Assembly (NCBI GenBank): GCA_033442325.1
Contig: JAWQFM010000012.1
Location: forward strand, 498,122-562,121
Direction of reading: 5' to 3'
Origin: Salpingoeca rosetta
Taxonomy: Eukaryota > Protista > Choanoflagellata
DNA length: 64,000 nucleotides
In this document: piece after piece, positions 29,152-57,941 of the stretch
Layout: each line of letters starts with the position of its first letter
How positions within the stretch are numbered: position 1 is the first letter of the stretch
The notes under the pieces: model-generated
The model's database searches: none
What the model saw: the letters and a program-made list of their open reading frames with translations, nothing else
Told to the model about the DNA's origin: nothing
Position numbers and translations under genes: made by a program

Positions 29152-29486
29152 ACACGCGGTTTTGTGCGTGCGTGTGTGTGTGTGTATGTGCGCGTCACGA
29201 TGGAACCACGCCCGTTCTTGGCATGATGTAGAGTTGGTGTTTAATCAAACCAGTCCAGCTAGAAGCGAGCCAAGCGTCAAGCGTGAATCATGTATGCACA
29301 GGTGCAATCCACACCGATGATCGCTTTCGCAGCGAACGACCAACCAAGCGGCCGAGCAAACAAACAGCACGGCAGGAGCATCAAAAGCGTGCTGCTGGCA
29401 ATGTGACGAGATGAGCACTCAGGCAGACACACACACACACACACAGACACACACACACACAGACACACACACACACACAGACACAC

Positions 29487-29559
<73 letters not shown>

Positions 29560-29561
29560 CA

Positions 29562-32789
<3,228 letters not shown>

Positions 32790-32986
32790 CCAACCCCAAC
32801 GTCGTGCTTGTGCGAGCTTTGGGTGTGTCGGGTGTTGGCGTGGTGGTGTGTCGGGTGTTGGCGTGGTGGTGTGTTGTGTGCAGTGCGTGTCCGTGGTGTG
32901 TTGTGGTGCGTGTGCTTCCTCCGCGTTTACCGGACGTTCGAAAATCTACGTTATCTTTCGTCATTTCTCTACAATTGCACCGCCAA

Positions 32987-32997
32987 TTTCGCGCCAA
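32987..32997. promoter_or_regulatory. Putative overlapping E2F/DP site TTTCGCGCCAA in the QTRT1/GON4L divergent promoter
   Basis: Exact TTTSSCGC consensus with an overlapping reverse site, in a non-repetitive intergenic stretch. Confidence 0.45.
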
Positions 32998-33258
32998 CGA
33001 ACGAGACAAGCAGCAAGTCGACAACGCAGCAGCCACACACGCACACACACACACACACACACAATCCATCTGTTGTGAAGGCGTGGTGTTGCGGTGTCGA
33101 GTGGGGGTTTCATGTCAACCTGAGCACAGTGCTGTAGCAGCAGCAGCAGCAGCAGCAGTTGTCGTGCGGGCAACGTTGCACGAGCGTGCTCGCTGCACAA
33201 CTAACGACACGCACAGACAGCACCCACCACCACCACCACCACCACCACCAACAGCGCC

Positions 33259-44984
<11,726 letters not shown>

Positions 44985-45278
44985 GATGAATGCCTTGTAT
45001 GCAGCCATTGTTACATGCGGGCTGACCTCGAATGTGTCTTTGCGTTTGCGTGATGGCATGGTGGCGCGGTTGCTTTGTGAGTTCTGATTTGAGGTATTGT
45101 GGAACATGCGCCATGTTGGTGATGTGACAGGGAGGAGGACAAGGCGGTCTTGCTTGCAGGCAAACGTATTGCTGCGAACAAAACGTCATGGGCCAAAGCA
45201 GGTGCGCTACCATTTGCAAAGATGTTGTTGCTCCTTGCTTGGTTTGTTCTCTGCTCAATTTTTGCCCCTGTGGCGCAA

Positions 45279-45319
<41 letters not shown>

Positions 45320-46085
45320 ACACACACACACATACACACATACATACACACACACACACACGCACACACACACACACACACCACAACCACCACAGCTGCA
45401 ACGACGGCTGTTCTCAGCGGGCGAGCGGAAACAGAGGTGAGAGGATGGATGGTGGCGGCAATTCGTGCTGTTCGTGCTGTTCGTGTTCACACAATCGTTC
45501 TGCTACTCGTGTTTTCGTGCCTGTGAAGTGATGTTTTTGCGTGCTGTGGCGCCTGCTGCTGTTTCCTTCACCATAATTTCCACGCTTACCATGGCCGCAA
45601 CTTGGTGCACGCTTGGCCAGCTCGCTGAACGGTTTTCGTTCCTGATGGACCGATGGAAGCGGCGACGTGCAGACAAGCAGAAGCCAACGCCATGATCATG
45701 ATGATCATGATGAAATTGTCATTGCCCTCCTTGGTTTGTTGTTGTGTTGTGTTGTGTTCCCCCCGTCCTGTTCTTGCATGCTTCCGTGGCCTTGATCAAC
45801 GCCCAAGGCCCCTCTTCCCCTCTGTTTTCGTGTTGTTGTTCACAGTGTGAACCCCCCCCCCCCCTCTCAATGCCTGTGTTACAGCTTGGCTCCTGGCGTA
45901 CCTGCCACGTTTTCTTCGAGCCGGGAGCCTTGCTTTTTTTTTTTTTTGTCTTCTAATGAATGTAACCTTAAAGTAAATGAGCCATCCACTGAAAATGTAA
46001 CAAACAAAACCAAACACGTGGATGTATGATGAGCTCGACACAACGTTGAAACTACCACAGAGATGACAAGACAACATTGAAACCA

Positions 46086-46132
<47 letters not shown>

Positions 46133-46331
46133 TGCCACTTCACACATGTGCCATGACACACGTGCAAGCAATTGACTCTGGCCTGTGTGAACGAAATCCA
46201 TACGTCGTATGCGTTCAAACACACGTGGATGAACCAAAAACACATGGCGGAATCCAAACGTTCACACAGAAAACACACATGCAACATACACCACGTTCGT
46301 AACAGACAATTGATATGTGCACACCAAATGA

Positions 46332-47564
46332 CTATGAGCTGAAACGGCATGCGTACTCGGACTGCACGTGGGACGTGAGCTGTGCAGGGAGATTGTGTTG
46401 GCTGCAGTGGAACGCAGTGATGGCATCATCCTCGCACACAACACCACGCGCAGTCCTGCTCCCGCTCACAAACACGCCCGAACTCGCCCCGCCTGGTGTG
46501 CCACGAACATTTCCAGACGCAGGTACCTGTACAGTACTGCGGCCACCAACGCCATCGTGCTGTTGTTGCTGCTGTGGCCGCGCAAGGATCATGACTGCAG
46601 TGTGCAGTGCATATGTCACGTTGATTGGGTATGTGGTGACAGCCGGCGAGGTCACGGCACATGACGCATCGTAGACCACATGCACGCCATCACCGCGAGC
46701 ACCATCCGTGCCGTCCGCACCACGATTGTTGTTGCCGTGCGCGTTGCCTTTGTGGCTCCCACCCTCTTGCTGGTTCCGCGGGCCAAGCCGTGGGTTGCGG
46801 TGTGCTGCTTTGTCGTTGCGCTGCAGAGTGCGTGGTTGCGTCACGCCAAATGTGAAGCGTTCAAAATAGCGTCCCCTTTGCGGGTGCTTGCTCGTTGCAG
46901 TGAGGTTGAATTCGACGCCACGCACGCCAGCAAGCATGCGTGGCAGCGTATCTGGCTGGAGTGGCACATGGCGCGTCACATTCGCTGGCACCGTGAACAG
47001 CGAGGTCGTGTATGTGAGCGAATCCGTGAACACGTCTTTGACTGCAACGGAGAGGACCTGTGCCGTCAGGTTGTAGTGGAGGCACGAGCTGAGCGGCTTC
47101 CCGCCACCGTGCGACGGCGTCCAGCCGCGCTCGAATGTGGCGTTGAGCACGCACGTGTCGTGCTTGCACTGCTGCAGCTTGATGCTGAAGACACTGAACC
47201 ACGCGCCGTTGCTGTTGCACACGTCACACCCGGCGGCCTTGTCATTGACACACGCCAGTCGAAGGTTGACGCCGCCGAGGACTTGCTGGTGAGTGGTGCC
47301 GCCACTGCTAGTGCTCGTCGCAGACGGGAAGCTGACGTTAGCGAGCATCGTGACTCTTGCGGAGGGCGCTTCGTCCGAATCACCTCGACCAGTGGTGGAA
47401 AATGTGGTGACATTGTCTACGCTGGCTGGTGAGGACGGGGAGATGTGGTCCGTGGCAGAGACGTGCACGTGCTTCTCGCGTATCAGGTCAGAATCCTGAC
47501 TCTCCACCACAGCAAACCGCACCAGCGGGAATGCATAGTCGCCGTCTACCCCAGGCTGTGCGCG

Positions 47565-47626
<62 letters not shown>

Positions 47627-48003
47627 CAGAGGGTGAGAATGCAGCAACAGCTGTCCAAGAGTAGCTCTGTTCGTGGCAAATTGGGCAGCAAGGGTAACGC
47701 ACAGTTGCAAACAGCAACTTGAAGCCATGTCACACATCATCGTGGCAGTGCTCGTCTTACCGTGAATGTCATGGACGACGATACGGTGGACACGTTCTTT
47801 GGCGAACATTTCGAAGCACTCGCTTCCCACTGCAAGTTTCCCAATCGATGGGGCGTCTCAAAGCCTTTGGTTGAGGCATAAAACATGTTGTTCGTGGAGC
47901 AGAGTATGGTGAGAACGAGGCCGAAGCAAAGGTAGACGTGGATGCACGCCGCGAGCGTTGCAATTGATAAATTGCTTTGCTGCTTCACCGGCGCGATCGA
48001 CAT
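46332..48003 (-). CDS. Uncharacterised secreted or membrane-anchored protein, 2 exons, about 488 aa
   Basis: Exon 47761-48003 (hydrophobic ACIHVYLCFGLVLTILC, GTAAG donor) splices in phase 0 to exon 46332-47555. The body looks beta-rich, with Cys residues and many N-x-S/T sequons. Confidence 0.7.
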
Positions 48004-48328
48004 CCATATCCACCCTCATCTTCAACGTCCACATCCACATCCGCATCTTCGACATCCACATCAACGTCCACGTCCACATCACGTGTACCCACCGGCGATG
48101 CGGTGGCGCCATTGAAAGTCCATGCCTTGCACCACGACCCTCGGCGGATGCTGCTCTCCGCCAACGAACCGTGGTGCAGTGGCCGCTGCCACCACCAGCA
48201 CACACACAAAGACCGAGCACAACACACTGCCGCTGCTCATCGTCTTATTCCTGGCAGTGCCTTGAATTGTAGAAAAATGGCGGATATTTTCCCTAAACTA
48301 TCGAATCGCCCAACGCGCACTGCTGACG

Positions 48329-48455
48329 ATGACCATCATGATTGAGTTGAGGTGCAAGTTGAGTGTGCTGGTGGTGCTGCTTGGAGCGTTGCTGCTTGTT
48401 GTTGCGCCAGTGTTTGCAGCTGAGACCAGCAATACAGAAGGCGGAACTGCTGGAG

Positions 48456-48489
<34 letters not shown>

Positions 48490-49234
48490 CGACGGCGGTG
48501 GTGATGGTGTGGACACGGAGAACGAGGCATCCACAGCGGGCAGTGCGGTCATGAACACTGCATCTGCCAAGGCTGCTCGCCTGGTCCTGCATCAGATTGC
48601 CATTGTGCTGATTCCAATCTACGTCATCGTCAGCATCAACAAATACTATCCTCTCACGGCCTACCTTTTCCGTGGGTGAGTGAGTGTGTGTCTGTGTGCC
48701 CGTGTGTGTCTGTGTGCTGTGTGTCTGTGTGTGTCCGTGTCGTCGATATCACAACGCAGTAATCAGAGCAAACTATCGAACTGCGACGTGTGTTTATTAT
48801 TTCTATCGCTCAAACTTATTTCACACACACACACACACACACACACGCACGTGTGCTTTGGGGCAGACTGAAGTGGTCTGTTCCACCCCGCGCTCAGGAG
48901 CTCATTCAGTTCTCCAAGCAGAAGTCCCTTGAACGGTGGGTTTGATGCGCGCTGGCTGCCACGTGTGTCTGTACCTGGGTTCTGCTGATGCTCCCGGTAC
49001 CGTTGACGGTCATGCTTTTGTAGTGCTGAGACGACCATTCACACGCTTGTTCCTTGTACATTTGCGCATCTTGTATGCTGCATTAGGGATGCGAATGGAG
49101 ATATCCAGGACTTTGAGATTGCGCGGTCGAGCCGCGTCATTCCGAAGAAGCGCGAGCTCACCCTTCGCGAGCTGTGGAAGCTGCAGTACATCGGCGATGT
49201 CACGGAACTGCTCATCGTCACGTCCTCCACCCTT

Positions 49235-49295
<61 letters not shown>

Positions 49296-50895
49296 GTGTG
49301 TGTGTGCGTGTGTGCGTGCGTGCGCGTGCGTGCGCGCTTGTACATGTGTAGCTCGTTGTTGTTCATCTGAATGTGCACATGTACGTGCTTGTCTCTTCAC
49401 GCTTGTCAGTGCTCCGAGTCTGTTTGTGTGTGTGTGTGTGTGTCTGTGTGTGTGTGTCTGTGTGTGTGTCTGTGTCTGTGTTTGTGTGTGTTTGTGTGTG
49501 AGAAGTCATGTGTCAAGACATGTGTGTACACCTCTCTGTGTAATCATGCATGTATGGCTCTCGGTGTGTTGCCTTGACTGATGTCCGAACAGCCATCTCA
49601 TTCCATATCACCACCATCATTACTGTCAGCTGCAACTTTGGGGTTCATTGGCTGGGCGTTTGTCACGGGCAACTCGCTCAACTTCAACTCGGCTGCCTTC
49701 TTCCTCTCCTGTCTCGGCGTTTTTGAGGTCCGCAACGAGAAGCAACGTTCATGTGCATAATATGCGCATATGTGTATGTGCATATGTGTATGTGTATGTG
49801 TATGTGCAGATGCGTATGTGTGTACATCTGTGTGTGCGCTTCACGGCTGCTCGAATGCTCCTTCATTCCGCCTCACTTCATCATGTGTGTGTGTGCAGTG
49901 CGTGAAGGTGCTCACCACGCTTGGATTCAATGGTGGCCGTTATGAAATCAGCGTCAACATCCGTGAGTGCTGTTGTCTGATGTCGTGCACCGCACGCACA
50001 CATCTCGACACCGAGCATCAATGCTGCTGCTTTGCATCAACGCTTGGGAGTTTTCACCTCTCACATCCAACCTTTGCATGTGGTGGGTGCAGTGTGTGCG
50101 TTCATCTGGTTCTTCCTTGCACTGGTCATGTGGCTCTCCATGAACCAGCACATTGCCGTCCAGGGCGGTGCAAGTGAGTAATATTGCGTGCTGTTGTCTG
50201 GGCATTGTGTCGTCGATCATGTATGCGTGTCGCATGTGGATGTGAGTGTTTGTTTGTCTGAGCTTTGTTCACCTGCGTGCGTGTATTCGAGTCGCCGGAA
50301 GTAATGACGGCGTGCTGAATGTTACCAGCTCACACGCGTGCATTTCATCTCCATAGTGTACGAACACATGCAAACGGCCGCTCGTGATTTCCTTCAAGAG
50401 TCCCAGCTCGACCCTGCCCGCCTCATGTAAGCGTGTGTGTTTTGTGCTTGTGTGTGCTTTTGTGCTTGTGTGTGCTTTTGTGCGTCTGTGCTCTTGTGTG
50501 CGTTTGCCATGTGTATTCATCTACGTTGCTGTATGTGCCTCCTACACGCGCTGGTGTACCTGTCTGTCTACCTGTCTCCTGTACGCCACGCCACCCCTTA
50601 CCCCAACACTCGGCTCTCCTTCCAACCTCACCACACCACCACCACCACCATCACATGACCACCTCACTCCATCACATGACCACATGTCACTCCATCCCTC
50701 CATCACCACGTCACTGCCAGCTTCCCCGAGTACCGGTCGATGGTGCTGCTCGCTGCTGCTGCTGCCGCTGCCATTGGCGGCCTGCTCACCTTCCCCTCCT
50801 TCCGCTTCGCCCGCGCGTACGCGTCTGCCCTCGTCGTTCACCGCGAGAAACCAACACTCACGTGAGCAACCGTGGCCTGATGAACGTTGTGTGTG

Positions 50896-50947
<52 letters not shown>

Positions 50948-51316
50948 TGTGTGTGTGTGTGTTTGACAGACCCTTTTTAAATGTATTTGTTGTTTGTTGT
51001 TTTCATGGGTTTGATGCGGTTGAATGCTGCTCTGATCCCTCCTCTCCCTAACATCATCGCCACCATCACCGACACCATCACCGGCATCAATCACTGACCA
51101 GGGGTCTGCTCCACGCTGCTTTCGTATCGCCGCTGCTTGTTGTGCTGCTCTTCGCTCGCCCGACCGCCACCGCAGCCACTTCTCTCTTGCAGCCCTTCCT
51201 CCCACTGCAGTGCGTTGTGTCGTGGATCAGTGCTTGCATGCACGCAGGTGGTGGTGGTGCTGCTGCTGCCATGCATCGTACAACAACAACAGCAACATCA
51301 TCACCACCACCACTAC

Positions 51317-51405
<89 letters not shown>

Positions 51406-51883
51406 CCATGTTGCCATCCTTATGGTCCTTGCATACACACGGGTGCACGCACTCATACACGCACTCATACACGCACTCACATACACACACATACACACAT
51501 ACGTGCACTCATGTACACAGGCTGCAGTCGTACACGCTGCTTGTGCTGCGAAGCACCGCTGTTGCTGCTACGCTACTTCTGCGGGCTGTGACTACACGGA
51601 CGTTGATGCAAGCATACCTGGACATTGCACAAGAACGAATGGCCCAGCTCGGTGCGTGTTTACGACATGCAGCATGTTGGTGTTGTTCTTGTTTGTAAAC
51701 ACGTTTATATAAATATGCTCACATTGCTGCATGTTGTTGTTGCTGTCGTGCTGCAGATCAAGCCGCAAGAACGGCCACGCAAGACAAAGACACTGACTCC
51801 GGTGCGTGCACACACATGTCCAATATGTATCTACTACACCCATGTATCCACACCCGTGTATCCACACACGCACGCACACACAT

Positions 51884-51961
<78 letters not shown>

Positions 51962-52888
51962 ACACACACCGCTCACAATCTTGTATTTCTGTGCCATGTC
52001 TCTGCCGACAACAGGCGGTGGGCAGACGAAGAAGGAGAAGAAGGAGCAGAAAAAGGCCAACAAGAAGAAAGGAAAGAAGACCGAAACGAAAACGCGCAAT
52101 TCAAAATCAAACGCGTCAGACGATGACGTCATCAGCGCGGGCGTTGTGCAACGACTGGTCAGTTGTGACGTCACAGCACCACAATGGCTGCTGTCTGCGG
52201 GATGCCTGTGTTGATGCGATTTGCCGTTTGCGTTTTGCCGGACTGCCAAATCACTGTGCGACAATCGAGCACTACAGTCACACCCCCTTCACTGTGCGTG
52301 TGTGTGTGTGTGTGTCTGTGTGTGTGTGTGTGTCTGTGTCTGTGTCTGTGTCTGTGCGCGGATGCCCCGCCCTGCTGCACGTTCAGGTGTCGAACATCTG
52401 GGATTATGCTGGTGTTGCAGTGCTGCAGATCATCACGCCGCCGCTGCTGCTTCTCTTCGCCGCCGCCGTCATGGTCATGCGCAGCACGGGCGGCGAACAC
52501 CAGGACGCTGCCGTCTCGCCATGGGGGTGCGTTTGCAGTCACAAACAGTTTTTGTTTTGTTGTTTGTTGCTGGTCTGTTTGTTTGTTTGTTTGCTTGTTT
52601 GTTCGTTTGTTTGTTTGTTTGTTTGTTTGCTTGCTTGCTTGCTTGTTTGTTTGCTTGCTTGTTTGTTTGTTTGTTTGTTTGTTTGTTTGCTTGCTTGCTT
52701 GCTCATTCAGGGTTGTTTTCGTGTCGATCTCACACCTCCACACCACATGCATCTCCACCCTGTTGCGGCTGCTCACCAGGGAGCTTGGGACCCTGGCCGT
52801 GTGGTGGATCAGCCTAACGACAACCGCCCTGACATTCATTGGCTATGCGCTCTTGCGTGTGTCTGGCGCCGTTCCGAACGTCGCATAA
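48329..52888 (+). CDS. TMEM161: Transmembrane protein 161 homolog; multi-exon
   Basis: YPLTAYLFRG|LKWSVPP, GGLLTFPSFRFAR, RTLMQAYLDIAQER, VSNIWDYAGVAVLQIITPPLLLL, LAVWWISLTT match TMEM161 blocks (LTFPGLR, LQAYLNLAQ, ALQY..P, LTWW). Confidence 0.82.
51316..51403 (+). repeat. (CAT)n microsatellite in a TMEM161 intron
   Basis: Directly visible. Confidence 0.9.
52555..52702 (+). repeat. (GTTT/GCTT)n tetranucleotide repeat in a TMEM161 intron
   Basis: Directly visible. Confidence 0.9.
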
Positions 52889-52983
52889 CCCACCCATCGC
52901 CATGAACAAACGTGTGTGTGTGTGTGTGCGTGTGTGTGTGCGCGTGTGTGTGTGTGCGCGTGTGCACCACCAGGTGTCACGCA

Positions 52984-53140
<157 letters not shown>

Positions 53141-53481
53141 TGCTGCCGCTGATTGTGTCTGTCCTGCCTAGCTCCTTACATTCGGCTGTGGTGGTTAGTT
53201 TCATTGAACCGTGGTCTAGACCAGGCAAAGTGCAACGTGCAGCTGTAAGAAAAGGAAAAGCAGAAAGCAAAGAGGAATGGAAGAACGGAAGTGACACACA
53301 GCATCAATGGAAGTCGAGCATCGCACATACAAGTCAGCCCCTTGGGCTGAGCTGGGCTGAATAAGATCTGCTTAAGGGAGAAACGTCAAGCTATCACAAC
53401 TCACACACACACACACGACTCACAACTCGCTCACTCACTCACACAACTCACGACTCGCTCACTCACTCACTCTCTAAACAC

Positions 53482-53512
<31 letters not shown>

Positions 53513-53548
53513 CAAACACACACATCACGTCATTAATACTGCAAGGAG

Positions 53549-55663
53549 TCATTGTGACAGAGGTTGACTTGGTTCATCTGCGAGTACCATGCCATCACTT
53601 GCATTCCCATCACCAACATCACCACCATCACCACCATCACCACCCTCGCCACCATCACTGCGCTTCCAGCGGCTGCGCCTGCGCTGTCCATCTCCTTCTT
53701 CGTGCTCGCGCTTCGCACGGCGACCGCGATACCGCCGCTGACGGGACCCTGCTTCCTTGTCATATCCCTGCTCCTGCTCTTGCTGGTGCCGGTCAGGGGC
53801 AGCTTTGCTGGTGCTGTGATGCCTTTGCTCGTCGTGTGCACCAACAGCGGCGTCGCCGGCTCCATCGTCGTCACGGACAGCGCCGCGACCACCATCCCCA
53901 CCATCCACATCGCCACGGCGGTTTACACCGTCATCAGCCCAGCCGTCATCGTCACGATCGTCACTCCGCCGGCGATCATCGTGTTCATCATAGTCGTCAT
54001 AGTGGTCGCTGTCGTATGGGCTGTCGTCACAGTCACGGTAGCTCTCGTCCCCACTGCCGCGTGCAGACACGTCAGCACCATCATTGTCACCCGTGTACTC
54101 GCGCCGCTGCCGCCTCTCATCACCATCACCATCACCATCACCATCGCCATGGCCACCACCATCGCGCCGACGGCTGCTGCGGCGGTGGGTGGTGTGGTGG
54201 TGGCGGCGGCGGTGATGCTTGTCGTGTCGGCGATGGCGCTGGCGTCTGTCGTGCCGATCAACAGCATCGCGGTCCCTGCGGCCATCGTCACTGCGGCTGT
54301 GGTAGTGCCTGCTATCGGTGCCGTCGCTGCTGGAGTGGCGCTGCACGTCATCGTGGCGATGGTCAGGACGATGCTGATGGTGCTGGTACGGACGACCACG
54401 CTGGTGCTGCTGGTTGTTGTGTCGGCTGCGGTGGTGGTGGTGTGGGCTGCGGTCGTACTGCATCCGCTGATCTCGGTCATGGCGATGGCTGTTGTTGCTG
54501 TTGTTGTTGTTGTTGTTGTGGCCATAGGCGCGCCGCTGCGGGCCACGGTAATCGTTGCTGTCATCGCCGTTCTGATAGTAGTTGCGCTGGTAGTTGTTGC
54601 TGCGGTGATAGTGGTTGTTGTGCTGGTTGTGTTGGTTGAACTTGTGGCGGTAGCCGCCGTCGTGATTGTTGTACCCGTTGTGGTTGTGGTACCCATATTT
54701 GTTGTGCGTGTGGTTGTTGTGCTGATGATGGTACCGCTGAAAGCGTCCACGGCCACGGCCACGACCCCTGCCACGCCCGCGGCCCCTACCACGCCCGCGT
54801 CCGCGTCCACCATCGTAGCTGTTCCTGTGGGAGCGCTGGTACCAGTGCTGCCTGCGGTCAACAAAGCCGTCGTCATCACTGTGGGCGGCGTAGCGGTGGT
54901 CGTTGTGTTCAAATCCACCATCATGGTGCTCATGGCGTGGCTCCCCATAACCGACATTGTCGTTTTGTTCATGGTGGTGCTGCACCTGCAGCTGTTCTTG
55001 CTGTTGTTGTGGCTGGTGCTGCTGTTGCTGCTGTTGTTGTTGCTCGACGCGTGCGTGCGTGCTGCCATCACTGCTACCGCGATGGCTGGGACCGTGTTGC
55101 ATGCGCTGCGCGCTCATCAACTCCACTGGTGGCTGAAGTTGCTGCTGCAGCTGTGGCGGTGGTTGTGGTGGCTGCTGTGGTTGTGGCTGAAGTTGCTGCT
55201 GCAGCTGTGGCGGTGGTTGTGGTGGCTGCTGCTGTTGTTGCTGCAGCTGTTGCGGCCGTGGTTGTGGTGGCTGCTGTGTTTGCTGCGGCTGTGGTTGCTG
55301 GGCCTGCGCGGTTCCAACTTGAACAGCCTAAAACCATGACATGATGATGCAATGTCACCTGTGTGTCAGCCTCTTTGCAATTAAATGCAATGCGCATTTG
55401 AAACGATGACATGGCCTGGTACAAGAGCAAAACGAAACGCACCCTGTGGACGCGAAGGCAGGCGTTGTGAAGCTTGAATCCGTCCAAGCGTAATGCACCG
55501 GGAACATCGGCTGCGAAGACCATGTTCACAAAGGCGCTGTTGAACCCCTGCTCACCTCCATGTAGCTGCGCCTCTTGCACCTACCCGCACATGTGCATCG
55601 TATGTGTACGTGTACGTGTGCGCGTGTGTGAGCGGAACACACTAGTCCAAAAACGCGCATAAG

Positions 55664-55704
<41 letters not shown>

Positions 55705-57412
55705 AAAATCGTTATGACAGACACTGTGCAAAGAGACACGTACGAGGCCATGTGATGAGAAGAGCCGGAGGAGCATGTCCACTGTGACGGTCGCAGGAAG
55801 GCCGTCCACACGCAAGGTGTTCTCACTGCAAGGAAAAGGTGCATAGTGCGGGCCAGTCATGCCGATGAGGGCCTCAGGAAGTCCAAATCATAGTTGGAAC
55901 ACTTGTACATGCACCCGTTGGCACTTGTTGACACACACATCCACACACACATTTCATGGACACACCGCGCTCACACTCTCGCACATGCTTCGTTCATTCG
56001 CACGCGTGCCTGCAGGCACTTACGAGATGGCTGGGCCAGAGGTCGGAGTCACCGTTGCCATGTTGGTGGCGGGGTGCGCTTGTGGCAGCGGCGGTGGCTG
56101 GTTGGGCAGCATGGTTGCTGGTGCTGCCGGTGCTGGTGCTTGTGGTGCAACAGTGGCTGGTTGTTGAGGCTGTGGGAGTGCGGGCGCTGGGGCGTGCAGC
56201 TGGGCTGTTCCTGGTTGAGGGAATTGGGCCTGCTGTTGCTGCTGCTGCTGCTGCTGGACAGTATGCGAGTGGCTGGCGCGGGGATGCGAGCGTGAAGCAC
56301 CGTCGGAGTATGGTGGCTGCAGTGGGACCATGGTGGGCGTGGGCGGTGCCATCGTGACGGGCGCTTGTGACGGCGCCGCCATCTGACCTTGGGGCTGCTG
56401 CTGCTGTTGCTGCTGCTGCTGTCTGGCAGCGGTCGTTGTGGTGGCGGTGGTCGTTGTGACTGCGGGTGACCGGGGAGATGCAGAGCTGTATGTGCCCTCG
56501 GAGTGCGGGGTGTGACGACTGCGACGGCGGCCACGCTGTAAGTTGAGATTTGGCTGGGGTGGTGCTGTATTTGTTGCAGCTGCGGTTGGTGGCGCGAGTG
56601 TATGCTGCTGGTACGCTTGTTGTTGGTATTGTGGCTGCTGCGGCTGCTGCTGGTATTGCTGGTGGTGGTGCTGAGCAGAAGGGGAATCAAGGGCGCCGGT
56701 GCTCGCGGAATCGGTGCGGCTGCGGCGTGACTGGGAGTGGGAGTGGGAGTGGGAGGTGCTTCGGGACCGTGGCGTGTCTGCGGGTGCTAGAGCGACAGCG
56801 GCAGTCGTCTCGTTGGCGCTGGCGCTGCTGACGCTGCCGGCGTTGATGGTGGGAACCGCGGGGGCCATGGCGGCTGACACGGGTATGTGATGATGTGACG
56901 ACGACGAGCGATGGCTGGAAAGAGATCGCCTGTCCTGCGCGTTCAATGATGCTGTGGTTGATGGCTTTGAGGAAGGTGGGGCTTGGAGGTGATCCTCGCG
57001 CGTTGTTCGCTGCTCGCTTGGGGTGCCTGCAAGGAAAAATATGTGTGCATGCATGTTTGTGTATGTGTGTTGTGTATGCGTGTTTGTGTTTGTGTTTGTT
57101 TGTACGTATGTTTGGTTGAGTGCGTTGTGAATGAGTGCGTGTATGTGTGTGTATGTGTGTGTGTTTGTTTGTTTGCGCATGTTTGACGCCGTGAGCCAAT
57201 GATGTGACGGGCAGCAAAACCAAAACTGCAGATCACAGGACACGGGATCGGTCTCCATCTCCACAAGAGAAGCACGCCGCGCGCACGGCAAACCAACACA
57301 GACAGCCCAAAAAACCAGCGATCAAAACGACCATCCAGCCCCAAGACGTACGTGAGAAGAAGACGTCTGACTCAAAATCCATGGATAACTCCTGCGCACT
57401 CAGGTCTGCCAT
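53549..57412 (-). CDS. RRM-containing low-complexity protein with polyQ/P, an RG repeat and N/H/Y- and R/D-rich regions
   Basis: MADLSAQELSMDFESDVFFS exon, Q/P/S-rich exon 56022-57026, RRM-like ENTLRVDGLPATVTVDMLLRLFSSHG..SAFVNM..LDGFKLHNACLRV, then a long terminal exon with a GR dipeptide repeat. Confidence 0.65.
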
Positions 57413-57933
57413 CCTCTGCGGCACAACAGGACAAGGTGGGGGGAGGGGAGAGCGAGAGAGAGAGAGAGACAGAGAGGAGGGAGGATGGGGGTAAAACAAG
57501 CGCACGCGCTTCTTGAGTCCCAAAACAAAACACCCCCAAAGCGAGCCAGAAAGAGAGGGCTTGGGCGTGTGCGAAGAAAGAAGAACAACAACAACAAGGG
57601 GCTGGCGGCGTCGTTCGTCGACTCGCGTGGAGCGGGAAGGGGGACGCGTAGCAGGAAATGCCAAAACAAGCAGCCAAAGCCAAACCAAACACAAGGTCGT
57701 GAGACTGACTGTCGCAAAGCAGTGGTGGTGTGTCCAAAACAAAGAAGACAAGAGGAAAAGAAAAGGGAAGGGCAAAGGGAAGTGGCACACAACAGACAAA
57801 GGAAGAAAGGATGACGCTGGGCCTGGAAGTGAATGCCAGCCCAGCTGGGGCAATCGCCACCGCTGCACGAAAGTGCTGATGTCAGCAAAACAACGTGTTG
57901 GTGTGGCTTTCATGCTGTCGGGATCGGTTTCAG

Positions 57934-57941
57934 TTTGGCGC
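57934..57941 (+). promoter_or_regulatory. Putative E2F site TTTGGCGC upstream of RFC3
   Basis: Consensus TTTSSCGC about 115 nt upstream of the RFC3 ATG. Confidence 0.45.

Noticed and set aside
53564-55339. 591-aa very hydrophobic plus-strand ORF resembling a multi-pass membrane protein
   Set aside because: Antisense shadow of the H/D/N/Q-rich last exon of the minus-strand RRM gene.
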